Assembly (NCBI GenBank): GCA_024278835.1
Contig: JAJRSK010000064.1
Coordinates: 19,101 to 83,100, forward strand
Reading direction: 5' to 3'
Length of the DNA: 64,000 nucleotides
Source of the DNA: Campylobacterales bacterium
GTDB taxonomy: Bacteria > Campylobacterota > Campylobacteria > Campylobacterales > QNZT01
A program made the position numbers and the translations under genes. Under the pieces are notes generated by a model that saw only the letters and a list, made by a program, of their open reading frames with translations, ran no database searches and was not told where the DNA came from. Of the stretch, positions 37,332 to 45,632 are shown one piece after another. Positions within the stretch are counted from its first letter, which is position 1, and every line of letters begins with the position of its first letter.

Positions 37332-38608
37332 TTTTTTTCTCCTAGCTTATCAAGCATGGCAAAGAGTGTGTCACTTGAATGTTCCATATCTTTGAAGTTT
37401 TCAACTATTTTTGGAATAATTGAGTCACTCATACTTTGGTTGGTCAAGGTGATATTTTTATTGGCTGCTGCGTGGATTGCTTTATGCGGGGCTAAAATCT
37501 CTTTGAAGTGTGCCAACTTTCCAAACTCTGCTTTTCCTTCACCCTCATACCATTTACCAAAACGACAAGCGTGATGGTCAACTTGTTCGCTGACATTGCC
37601 ATCATCATGTAAAACTGTATGGTAGACATTGGCTTTGTAGAGGATATGGTCGGCTTTGACCAAGGTAGCATAATTTTGTGTTTTTACCTGCTTTGAGAGT
37701 GTGGCTGTTTCGTTGGCATTGTGGTTAAATGTCGTGAGCGTCTCTTGGAAAGTATCGACTGTTTCACCAGAAGTGGTAGCTATCTCATTGACCTCTTGTG
37801 CATTTTCTTGAATAGCGTTTGTCTCTTGTTGTAGTGTTTGGATGGTGATGGATATTTCTGAAGTTGCTTTTTGTGTACGTTCTGCTAGTTTTCTCACTTC
37901 ATCCGCTACCACGGCAAATCCCCGACCATGTTCTCCTGCCCTTGCAGCTTCGATGGCGGCATTGAGTGCGAGAAGATTGGTTTGGTCTGCTATGTCTTTG
38001 ATGAGTTCTACCACAGAAGAGATTTCTCCGGTTCTCTCACTAAGTGAAGAGATAGCCTCTGTTACATTGTTGATGAGATCGATGAGATGATTGAGTTTCT
38101 CTGAAAGTTCTATGGTTGAGTTGAGTGAATCATCAGACTGTTGGGCTGTTTGGGCAGAAAGATTGACGATGTTGTCCATCGTTGTGATGGCATTTTGTAA
38201 ATCTTGTTGCAAGACAGTGATACCTGCCTGTACACCACCACTAGCTTCATCAAGTTTGAGTGAAAGAGTGGCTTTGAGTTGACTAGTTTTACTCTCTATC
38301 ACAGAATCTGTTGCGACGGAAGTGAGGTTACAAGTTTTTGAAAAACTTCCTTTTAATCCTTCACAAAAAGTCTTTCTATAAGTGATTCCTTTGGTTGCCT
38401 GTTCGATAGCCGTTGTGGTGTTTCGCATCATCGCTTCCATCTGATCTAGCAAGTTATTGAGATTCCAAGCGGCTTTTGATAGTGGATCTTTTGGGTTGAT
38501 TCCTGTGACTCGTAACTCTAAGTTACCATTAGCTGCTTCTGCAGTTACTTTTTCTATTTTCTCAGCAAGCGGACTAAGAAGCTTGGAGCGTGATAATAAA
38601 TTCATCAT
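37328..38608 (-). CDS. soluble methyl-accepting chemotaxis protein with a C-terminal CZB (chemoreceptor zinc-binding) domain
   Basis: The conserved signalling hairpin [34 protein letters not shown], no TM helix, and the C-terminal H-x3-C CZB motif ([10 protein letters not shown]...H...H). Confidence 0.85.
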   Translation of the reverse strand: MMNLLSRSKLLSPLAEKIEKVTAEAANGNLELRVTGINPKDPLSKAAWNLNNLLDQMEAMMRNTTTAIEQATKGITYRKTFCEGLKGSFSKTCNLTSVATDSVIESKTSQLKATLSLKLDEASGGVQAGITVLQQDLQNAITTMDNIVNLSAQTAQQSDDSLNSTIELSEKLNHLIDLINNVTEAISSLSERTGEISSVVELIKDIADQTNLLALNAAIEAARAGEHGRGFAVVADEVRKLAERTQKATSEISITIQTLQQETNAIQENAQEVNEIATTSGETVDTFQETLTTFNHNANETATLSKQVKTQNYATLVKADHILYKANVYHTVLHDDGNVSEQVDHHACRFGKWYEGEGKAEFGKLAHFKEILAPHKAIHAAANKNITLTNQSMSDSIIPKIVENFKDMEHSSDTLFAMLDKLGEKN

Positions 38609-39086
38609 AGCTAATTCCTTTTTCTGTTAATAAATTATTTAAGTGTGCTTCTGAAGCTTGTATACCAGCAGATGACTCTAGTGCTAATAGTTTTGTATAA
38701 AGTGGTTTTATCACTTCAAGGGCTTTTGTGTTTGGCTTGATTCTCACTGAATAAAAACCAATGATATTGTTTTGGTTATCATATGAGGGAGTTACATTGG
38801 CAAAAACCCAATAAAAGCTACCATCTTTAGAGAGGTTTTTTACATAAGCAAAGATTTCTTTGCCGCTGTTGATCTTGCTCCAAAGTAGCTTAAAAATCAA
38901 TTTTGGCATATCTGGATGTCTGATGATACTATGAGGTTTTCCTAGTAATTCATTCTCAGTCATCATAGACATATCCATAAATATTTCATTGCAATAGGTA
39001 AGTTTTCCTGTTTTATCTGTTTTTGAGATGATAAAATCATTTTTTTTTATCACCCTTTCTTGTGTGCTAGGAGGAATGGTACTCAT
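38574..39086 (-). CDS. stand-alone PAS domain protein (CetB/Aer-N-terminal-like energy-taxis sensor)
   Basis: [21 protein letters not shown]...[16 protein letters not shown]...[10 protein letters not shown] is the Aer-type PAS signature. Its 3' end overlaps the MCP start by 35 nt. Confidence 0.75.
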   Translation of the reverse strand: MSTIPPSTQERVIKKNDFIISKTDKTGKLTYCNEIFMDMSMMTENELLGKPHSIIRHPDMPKLIFKLLWSKINSGKEIFAYVKNLSKDGSFYWVFANVTPSYDNQNNIIGFYSVRIKPNTKALEVIKPLYTKLLALESSAGIQASEAHLNNLLTEKGISYDEFIITLQAS

Positions 39087-39158
39087 GGGTATCCTTTTGA
39101 TATTGATATAGTATGCTATAATATCGGTATATGGGAATTTTATTTTAGAGGGAGTGGG

Positions 39159-40124
39159 ATGTTAATAGATGGGCATGGTAGAAAAGTAGATTATTTGAGA
39201 GTATCAGTGACGGAGCGGTGTAACTTTCGTTGCCAATATTGTATGCCTGATAAGCCATTTTCGTGGGTACCACGAGAAAATCTTCTCTCGTTTGAGGAGT
39301 TGTTTTTGTTTATCAAAGCAGCTATGGATGAAGGCATCACAAAGGTACGTATCACAGGTGGTGAGCCACTACTGCGTGAAGGCTTGGATAAGTTTGTAGG
39401 GATGATATATAAGCATAACAATGATGTTGACTTGGCTCTTACGACCAATGGTTACCTTTTGAAACAAACAGCGCAGAAGCTTAAAGATGCAGGACTTAAA
39501 CGACTCAATATTTCACTTGATTCTTTAAAGCCAGAAATTGCACAAAAAATTGCACAAAAAAATGTTTTAAAAGATGTGTTAGAAGGGATTGAAACTGCTT
39601 TAAAAGTGGGATTAAAAGTCAAAATAAACATGGTGCCTTTAAAAGGTATCAATGATGATGAAATAGTCGATATCTTGGATTTTTGTAAAGCGCGTGGTAT
39701 AGAAGTACGTTATATCGAATATATGGAAAATGCTCTGGCTAGTACGGAGATAAAAGGGCTTTTAGGCAAAGAAATCCTTGATAAAGTCAAAGAAAAATAT
39801 GTCATAAATAAAGTAGGCCGAGAGGGTGCAAGTCCATCATTTTCCTATCTTACTGATGATGGTTATAAGTTTGGTTTGATTGACCCACACAAACATGACT
39901 TTTGTGAAGATTGTAACCGTATCCGACTTACTGCAGAGGGTAATCTCATCCCTTGTCTTTACTTTGATGAAGCGATGAGTATCAAAGAAGCAGTGAAAGA
40001 GGGTGATGTCCCAAAAGCCGTAGAAGTACTACGCCAAGTACTCAAAGATAAACCAGAGAAAAATAGATGGGATGAAGATGATAACGAAAGTTCTGCTAGG
40101 GCGTTTTATGAAACGGGCGGATGA
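39159..40124 (+). CDS. moaA: GTP 3',8-cyclase (molybdenum cofactor biosynthesis)
   Basis: [21 protein letters not shown] radical-SAM cluster motif, ITGGEPLLR, and a C-terminal CxxCNRxRLTAEG second cluster. I prefer the internal ATG at 39159, which has a GGGAG SD. Confidence 0.9.
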   Translation: MLIDGHGRKVDYLRVSVTERCNFRCQYCMPDKPFSWVPRENLLSFEELFLFIKAAMDEGITKVRITGGEPLLREGLDKFVGMIYKHNNDVDLALTTNGYLLKQTAQKLKDAGLKRLNISLDSLKPEIAQKIAQKNVLKDVLEGIETALKVGLKVKINMVPLKGINDDEIVDILDFCKARGIEVRYIEYMENALASTEIKGLLGKEILDKVKEKYVINKVGREGASPSFSYLTDDGYKFGLIDPHKHDFCEDCNRIRLTAEGNLIPCLYFDEAMSIKEAVKEGDVPKAVEVLRQVLKDKPEKNRWDEDDNESSARAFYETGG

Positions 40125-40127
40125 TTT

Positions 40128-40877
40128 TTGATTCCTATTGTTGAACACTTTTACTCTTTTCAGGGTGAGGGGAGATATGCGGGGAGACCTTCTGTATTTG
40201 TGCGTTTGGGTGGGTGTAATCTAGGTTGCAAGGGCTTTGGCGTACAAACCCCTTCTGCCAAAGATACCTCTATCATGATAGTTGGTTGTGATTCGATAAA
40301 AGCCGTACATAACGAACATTTTGCCCATCTGTGGGAGAAAGTAGAGGATATAAAACCTCTTATCATGATACACCTAGCAGGGCTTGATTTTAAACCCGAT
40401 ATCGTTTTTACTGGTGGAGAGCCACTACTACACTATGAAAATCCTATCATGATAGAGGCACTGGAGCATTTTATAGGCTTAGGATATCGTATCACTTTTG
40501 AGAGCAATGCTACTATCATGATAGATTTTATCAAGTATCCAATTTATAAAGATGTGACATTTGCGATGAGTGTAAAGCTAGAAAACTCTGGTGAAGAGAA
40601 GAAAAAACGACTCAACAAAGAAGCCATCAAAGCCATAGTAGAGAACACCAATGCGTCATTTTTTAAGTTTGTCCTCTCTAAAGATGCTCTCTGCAAAGAG
40701 GAGATAAAAGAGATAAGTCAAGGGACAAGCATCCCAATTTACTGTATGCCCATGGGAAGTACCGCCAAGGAGTTAGCACTCAATGACAAAGCAGTAGCCA
40801 ACTTTTGCATACAAAATGGCTATAATTATGTAGATAGAATGCATATTCGTTTATGGGATAATGAGGAGGGGCGATGA
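40128..40877 (+). CDS. queE: 7-carboxy-7-deazaguanine synthase (radical SAM)
   Basis: The FYSFQGEGRYAGRPSVFVRLGGCNLGCKGFG signature. TTG start. The gene contains four palindrome copies. Confidence 0.8.
   Translation: MIPIVEHFYSFQGEGRYAGRPSVFVRLGGCNLGCKGFGVQTPSAKDTSIMIVGCDSIKAVHNEHFAHLWEKVEDIKPLIMIHLAGLDFKPDIVFTGGEPLLHYENPIMIEALEHFIGLGYRITFESNATIMIDFIKYPIYKDVTFAMSVKLENSGEEKKKRLNKEAIKAIVENTNASFFKFVLSKDALCKEEIKEISQGTSIPIYCMPMGSTAKELALNDKAVANFCIQNGYNYVDRMHIRLWDNEEGR
40271..40523. repeat. local cluster of four exact TATCATGATA palindromes (40271, 40361, 40445, 40514)
   Basis: Read directly from the sequence. All four are in the same codon phase inside queE, and each encodes Ile-Met-Ile. Confidence 0.95.
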
Positions 40878-41455
40878 TTATTCGGAAATTATTTAAATTT
40901 GAAAACGCACATATAGTACGCGGTTGTTCTAGTGAGCGTTGCAAATACTCTATCCACGGGCACTCCTATAAGATAGAAGTATTGTTTGAGTCAAATTATC
41001 TAGATCAGGGGCAGATGGTCTATGATTTTGGCTTAACCAAGGGGATGATAAAGGAGCTTATCGACTCTTTTGACCATGCGACGGCGATTTGGTCGGGTGA
41101 TGATAAAGCGTATATTGATGCTATCAAAACACACTCACTTCGTTGGGTAGAACTTCCTGTCTCTCCTTCTGCTGAACAATTTTCACGGGTGATATTTTTA
41201 ATGGTAGATAAAATCATCCAACAAACCAAGATGGTCAATGGAGAAAAAAATGTCTCAGTACACTCTATCATCGTGCATGAGACAGAAACAGGATATGCGC
41301 AAGGATTTCGTGAAGATGCCTATAGTGCATTGATGGGGAAGATAGATTTAAAAGATATTGTATTTTCTCAGCAAGTGAAAGAAGAGTGGAGTGACCCACA
41401 AATGTGGGATAAACTCTTAAAGAACAAAGTGTTTGAAAATCCAAAACCAATATAA
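40874..41455 (+). CDS. queD: 6-carboxy-5,6,7,8-tetrahydropterin synthase
   Basis: FKFENAHIVRGCSSERCKYSIHGHSYKIEV (PTPS/QueD Cys-His motifs). 4-nt overlap with queE. Confidence 0.75.
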   Translation: MIIRKLFKFENAHIVRGCSSERCKYSIHGHSYKIEVLFESNYLDQGQMVYDFGLTKGMIKELIDSFDHATAIWSGDDKAYIDAIKTHSLRWVELPVSPSAEQFSRVIFLMVDKIIQQTKMVNGEKNVSVHSIIVHETETGYAQGFREDAYSALMGKIDLKDIVFSQQVKEEWSDPQMWDKLLKNKVFENPKPI

Positions 41456-41515
41456 CAGCTTGTTTTAATGATTAAGGTGTAAAATAGATGCACAAAATCA
41501 TTAGGAGAACAAAGT

Positions 41516-42184
41516 ATGAAAAAAACATTTTTATATTCATTAGTAGTAGCAGCATTTTTAGTAGGTTGTGGTGACGATGGTAAGAGCGTAACAGATAGCG
41601 TAAAAAGTGCAGCGGCAGGTGCTGTTGATAGTGCAAAAGAAGTTGCAAGTGATGCAGCGCACTCAGCTGTAGAAGGTGCAAAAGATGCGGCTTCTGGTGC
41701 AGTTGACGCAGCTAAAGAAGGTGCAAAAGATGCTGTTGAAGCAACTAAAGATGCAGCGACTAGTGCAGTTGACGCAGCAAAAGATGCAGCGCATGGTGCT
41801 GTTGAAGCGACTAAAGAGGCTGCATCTAGCGCAGTTGACGCAGCAAAAGATACAGCGGCTTCAGCAGTTGAAAGCACAAAAGAAGCGGCAGCAGGCGCAG
41901 CAGCAGCGGCAACGGGTGCAGTAGCAGCAGTAACTGGTGATGTAGATGGTAAAGCGAAGTTCACAAAATGTGTGGCGTGTCATGGTGCAAACGGTGAGAA
42001 AAAAGCACTTGGTGCTTCTCAAGTGATTGCTGGTTGGGACGCGGCTAAAACAGAAGCAGCACTTAAAGGATACAAAGATGGTTCTTATGGTGGTGCGATG
42101 AAAGGTGTGATGAAAGGTCAAGTAGCTTCTTACTCTGATGCAGATATCGCAGCAGTAGCAGCTTATATCTCTACACTTAAGTAG
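41516..42184 (+). CDS. lipoprotein monoheme cytochrome c with a repetitive Ala/Lys/Asp/Glu-rich linker
   Basis: Lipobox FLVGC, three to four 22-aa repeats, a C-terminal class I domain with CVACH, and a Met-rich distal segment (GGAMKGVMKG). Confidence 0.8.
   Translation: MKKTFLYSLVVAAFLVGCGDDGKSVTDSVKSAAAGAVDSAKEVASDAAHSAVEGAKDAASGAVDAAKEGAKDAVEATKDAATSAVDAAKDAAHGAVEATKEAASSAVDAAKDTAASAVESTKEAAAGAAAAATGAVAAVTGDVDGKAKFTKCVACHGANGEKKALGASQVIAGWDAAKTEAALKGYKDGSYGGAMKGVMKGQVASYSDADIAAVAAYISTLK
41699..41896 (+). repeat. three imperfect tandem 66-bp (22-codon) repeats inside the cytochrome c lipoprotein gene
   Basis: The units start with GCAGTTGACGCAGC at 41699, 41765 and 41831. A more diverged copy lies upstream. 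Confidence 0.85.
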
Positions 42185-42192
42185 TTTTATAT

Positions 42193-42219
42193 AGTGACAG
42201 GGAGTTTCTCCTTGTCACT
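42193..42219. terminator. hairpin between convergent genes (cytochrome c and moeA)
   Basis: AGTGACAGGGA-GTTTC-TCCTTGTCACT: an 11-bp stem with one wobble or mismatch. Confidence 0.45.
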
Positions 42220-42221
42220 GA

Positions 42222-43430
42222 TTATGAAGTAAAATCCTCAAAGTTCTCCCTTAAAAATTCCCACCTTATTGGTAAAAATTTCACAATATCATTTTCTTTT
42301 AACGCTTTTGTCTCTTTGTCTATAATGATCATACCATTACAGTGATTTAAGACATTGACATTACCAGGGGCAAATTTATCGGCTGGGGTAAATGCCACGC
42401 CATCAAAAAAACCAGGCAGTACCGTATCGACGGGACGGTTCATCTCGAAGGATTGGCTTATTTTTGTGTTGATAAAACCGTGATGTGTTGTTTTTAAACC
42501 TCTTAGTTTCATGAGTAGAAGTTTCCCAAATATCTCAAAATTGAGCGAAGAAGCGAGAGGGTTTCCAGGAAGATTGAGGACAAGGGTATCACCTATCTTT
42601 CCAAATGTTGTGGGCTTACCCGGTTTTATCTGTACTTTAGAAAAGATGCTCTCGCACCCTAGCCCTTCAAAGGCTGCCTTTGTAAAGTCAGCTTCCCCCA
42701 CACTCACGCCACCACTAGTAACGATAAAATCACAATCAAGAGAATCTTTGATAAGAGCTTGTAAAGCTTCGACACTATCTTCAGCTTTGCCTACAAAAAG
42801 TGTTTCACAGCCTAACTCTTCGCTTCGTGCCATGAGATAGGGAGTATTGGAATTGTAAACTTGAGATTTTTCTAGTTTTTCAAAGTGTAATTTTAGCTCA
42901 GAACCACTGGCAAAAACTGCTACACGAGGAATACGGTGTACTTTTATATGGGTGATACCTTGACTAGCAAGTAGGGAAATATGTGCAGAGGTGATTTTTT
43001 CACCTTTTTCTAGTATCATTTCTCCGACCTTGATATCTTCGCCTTTGAGACGGATATTGGCTTTCTCTTTAACCGCTTTGTTTATCACGATAGTCGTATC
43101 AGTGATGTTGGTGTTTTCTTGCGGAATAACGCTATCTACACTTGAAGGTACTTCAGCCCCTGTCATGATAGTGACACATTCTCCTTCTTTTAAATCATAA
43201 CTATGGGCATCTCCTGCCAATATCTTTCCTACTATAGTATAGTTATCATGCCTACCTTTCAGTCCAAATCCATCCATCGCAGAATTGTTAAAAGTAGGAA
43301 GAGAAATCGTGGCATTTAAGGTTTGGTAAGAGACACGGGTAAGAGCATTTTCGAGCGAGATAAGTTCACTTTTGGTGCTTTTGGTAGTGCTAAGAATGAG
43401 CTCAATAGCCTCTATGATAGTTACTGCCAC
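42222..43430 (-). CDS. moeA: molybdopterin molybdotransferase
   Basis: 402 aa with the PTFNNSAMDGF motif, a TSGGVSVGEADF MoCF-binding motif, and the MoeA domain order. Confidence 0.85.
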   Translation of the reverse strand: MAVTIIEAIELILSTTKSTKSELISLENALTRVSYQTLNATISLPTFNNSAMDGFGLKGRHDNYTIVGKILAGDAHSYDLKEGECVTIMTGAEVPSSVDSVIPQENTNITDTTIVINKAVKEKANIRLKGEDIKVGEMILEKGEKITSAHISLLASQGITHIKVHRIPRVAVFASGSELKLHFEKLEKSQVYNSNTPYLMARSEELGCETLFVGKAEDSVEALQALIKDSLDCDFIVTSGGVSVGEADFTKAAFEGLGCESIFSKVQIKPGKPTTFGKIGDTLVLNLPGNPLASSLNFEIFGKLLLMKLRGLKTTHHGFINTKISQSFEMNRPVDTVLPGFFDGVAFTPADKFAPGNVNVLNHCNGMIIIDKETKALKENDIVKFLPIRWEFLRENFEDFTS

Positions 43431-43550
43431 GAATAATCCTTTTTAATTTAGAGGTGCCCTTATTGTATCAAAAAGTAAAGAAATTTCTCATGGTGCCGAT
43501 ATAGTGGTATCAAAACTACGATATTTGGTTAAAAAATGTAAGGATGAAGT

Positions 43551-44198
43551 ATGAGAAGAAGTGGTTTTACAATGGTTGAGTTGATATTTGTGATTATTAT
43601 CATAGGGATATTATCAGCAGCGGCAATTCCTAAGTTTGGGGATATTAAAGATAGATCAAAGATAAATAGCGAATATGCAGCGTTGTCTTCATTGGATGGT
43701 GCGATTACTGCAGCGATTGAGTTTCAGCAGGAAGATTATGACAATATGGCAGTTTTATGGCATGATGAAGCAGATCCAAGTACTGCAACATATGCCAGTA
43801 TTAATACAAATAAAGATGTATTAGCTAAAGTCTTGAAAAAAGGTGAAACTTTAAAGATTGTTGCTTATGCTGATTTGGATAATAATGGTACAGCAACAGA
43901 TAGTAGTACTGCCTATGATATGTTATTTATAGAAGGTACCGCTTCTAGTCATACAAATGGTGTAAAAAAAGAGATAGATGTTTCTGGTAAACCTGATAAG
44001 AATGATTTTTGGGTTTTCAATACATCAGCAGTTGATATAAATATTTCCGACTCAACATCAAATACTTTTTCACCAACAATGATTGAGAGTGGTGAATTAA
44101 AATTAATTGATTCAAATAGTTCGGTTACGTATAGTACTAACATTTCATTAGTACAAGAAGATGGTACAACCATTACTTCAACAGTAGTAGCACCTTAG
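43551..44198 (+). CDS. type IV pilin (MshA-like), paralog 1
   Basis: Class III signal and N-methylation motif MRRSGFTMVELIFVIIIIGILSAAAIPKF (G/F cleavage site, Glu5). It shares the C-terminal motif GKPDKNDFWVFN with the other paralogs. Confidence 0.85.
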   Translation: MRRSGFTMVELIFVIIIIGILSAAAIPKFGDIKDRSKINSEYAALSSLDGAITAAIEFQQEDYDNMAVLWHDEADPSTATYASINTNKDVLAKVLKKGETLKIVAYADLDNNGTATDSSTAYDMLFIEGTASSHTNGVKKEIDVSGKPDKNDFWVFNTSAVDINISDSTSNTFSPTMIESGELKLIDSNSSVTYSTNISLVQEDGTTITSTVVAP

Positions 44199-44210
44199 TA
44201 TTACCATAAA

Positions 44211-44240
44211 AGTAAGTACTTAAGAGTTTAAGTACTTACT
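44211..44240 (+). terminator. perfect 13-bp stem hairpin after pilin paralog 1
   Basis: AGTAAGTACTTAA-GAGT-TTAAGTACTTACT. No U-tract follows, so it may be an attenuator or an mRNA-stabilising hairpin. Confidence 0.45.
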
Positions 44241-44271
44241 CCCCTCATTACTCTTTCTAAAAAGGACTATT

Positions 44272-44979
44272 ATGAAAAGATCTGCATTTACTATGGTTGA
44301 ACTTATTTTTGTTATCGTTATCATCGGTATTTTGGTGGCAACTGCTATTCCCAATTTTAATGATAGTGAAAACCGTGCCAAAATCAGTAGTGAACTTGCT
44401 AGTTTTTCTAGCTTGGATAGTGCTGTTTTTGCAGCATCAAAGTTTCAGCAAGAAGATTATGGTGATATAAAAGTCAATTGGCATCAGTATGCTGATATGA
44501 ATGATACAACAACCAATTCTACTGAACTTAGAACACATTATCAAAATATCAATAAACAAAAATTAGTACTTTCATCCGTTGTCAAAAAGGCTGAAGTGTT
44601 AAAAATCGTTGGTTTTTATCCTATCATTGACTGTACAGGACGACGTAGCTGGAATGATGCGCTGTATTGTGACACTTTGATTCTTGAATCTTCTGCTACG
44701 GACGCAATCGTTGGGGTATCATATCCTACCAAAGCAATCAACAATGATTTAGCAGGTAAACCAGATATGAATGATTTTTGGGTATTCAATCCTAGTGCCA
44801 GAGATATCAATATCTCTAGTTCAAATGCAGATACACCAATCAATACGACAGTCGTCAAAGCGGGAGAATTAAAACTTGTAGATGTCAATGGTACTGACCC
44901 TATTGTTTCCATATCACGTATCCGTATTTCTGGTTTTGCAGGAAATAGTAGTGCTTACTCATTTTATACTGTGCAATAA
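44272..44979 (+). CDS. type IV pilin (MshA-like), paralog 2
   Basis: MKRSAFTMVELIFVIVIIGILVATAIPNF. C-terminal GKPDMNDFWVFN. Confidence 0.85.
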   Translation: MKRSAFTMVELIFVIVIIGILVATAIPNFNDSENRAKISSELASFSSLDSAVFAASKFQQEDYGDIKVNWHQYADMNDTTTNSTELRTHYQNINKQKLVLSSVVKKAEVLKIVGFYPIIDCTGRRSWNDALYCDTLILESSATDAIVGVSYPTKAINNDLAGKPDMNDFWVFNPSARDINISSSNADTPINTTVVKAGELKLVDVNGTDPIVSISRIRISGFAGNSSAYSFYTVQ

Positions 44980-44988
44980 AGGAATTAC

Positions 44989-45630
44989 ATGAAAAGATCC
45001 GCATTCACTATGGTTGAACTTATCTTTGTTATCGTGATTATCGGGATATTGGCTGGGATGGCTGTTCCTAAATTTATGGGTGTCAAAGACCAAGCAAAAA
45101 AAGCAACGGAACTCTCCTCTGCTTCTGCTGTCTCTGTTGCTTTAGAAGCGATTCATAGTACTTGGAGCACAAGTGATGAGGATTTTGATTGGAACAATGA
45201 TGGTGTGGATGACAATATCTCTAAAGAGCTCTCTTATCATGGATATCCTTACGATTTATCGCGTAACAATAACCCTATAGGTGCGCTTATGCGAGGAAAT
45301 AAAAAGAGTACTTTTAAAAACCATGGTGAATTATTAACAGGATTTACAGATGTCGCTTATAGGATATATACAGCCAATGCTTCAGACCCTAGTATGGGTG
45401 TGAAGTTCCCTCTCTCAAAATCTGGTAAGGATACAGAAGGAAAACCAGACAAGAATGATTTCTGGCTTTATGTCGTGGATGCAAATGGTTCGTGTCAAGT
45501 CAAAAGCGATAGAAGCCAAACATGGGATATCATGTCTGGGGATTTTATCCTCATCGATGTCAATGAAACAACACCACTTGACTTTACGAATGATAACCTA
45601 GGGATAGGATTTCGTATCGATTGCAGCTAA
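44989..45630 (+). CDS. type IV pilin (MshA-like), paralog 3
   Basis: MKRSAFTMVELIFVIVIIGILAGMAVPKF. C-terminal GKPDKNDFWLY and a terminal Cys pair (GSCQ...IDCS). Confidence 0.85.
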   Translation: MKRSAFTMVELIFVIVIIGILAGMAVPKFMGVKDQAKKATELSSASAVSVALEAIHSTWSTSDEDFDWNNDGVDDNISKELSYHGYPYDLSRNNNPIGALMRGNKKSTFKNHGELLTGFTDVAYRIYTANASDPSMGVKFPLSKSGKDTEGKPDKNDFWLYVVDANGSCQVKSDRSQTWDIMSGDFILIDVNETTPLDFTNDNLGIGFRIDCS

Positions 45631-45632
45631 TC

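Noticed and set aside
38574-38608. The 35-nt overlap between the PAS and MCP genes considered as a frameshift in a single Aer-like fusion gene.
   Set aside because: The MCP has its own ATG with an AAAGGA SD at proper spacing, and the PAS protein ends after a complete domain. A bipartite CetA/CetB-like organisation is known, so I treat them as two coupled genes.
41368-42121. Long antisense or alternative-frame ORFs over the cytochrome c lipoprotein repeat region (41368-41964 -, 41472-41681 -, 41676-41924 +, 41861-42121 -).
   Set aside because: They are shadow ORFs produced by the GC-rich Ala-codon tandem repeats. Their products are low-complexity Ala/Ser or Gln/Leu strings with no start context. 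The + strand frame has a lipobox and a CXXCH domain.
43431-43550. A possible sigma-54 (-24 GG / -12 GC) promoter upstream of the first pilin gene (GGTGCC...GGTATC region).
   Set aside because: The spacing and the -12 element do not fit TGGCAC-N5-TTGC well enough to support a call.
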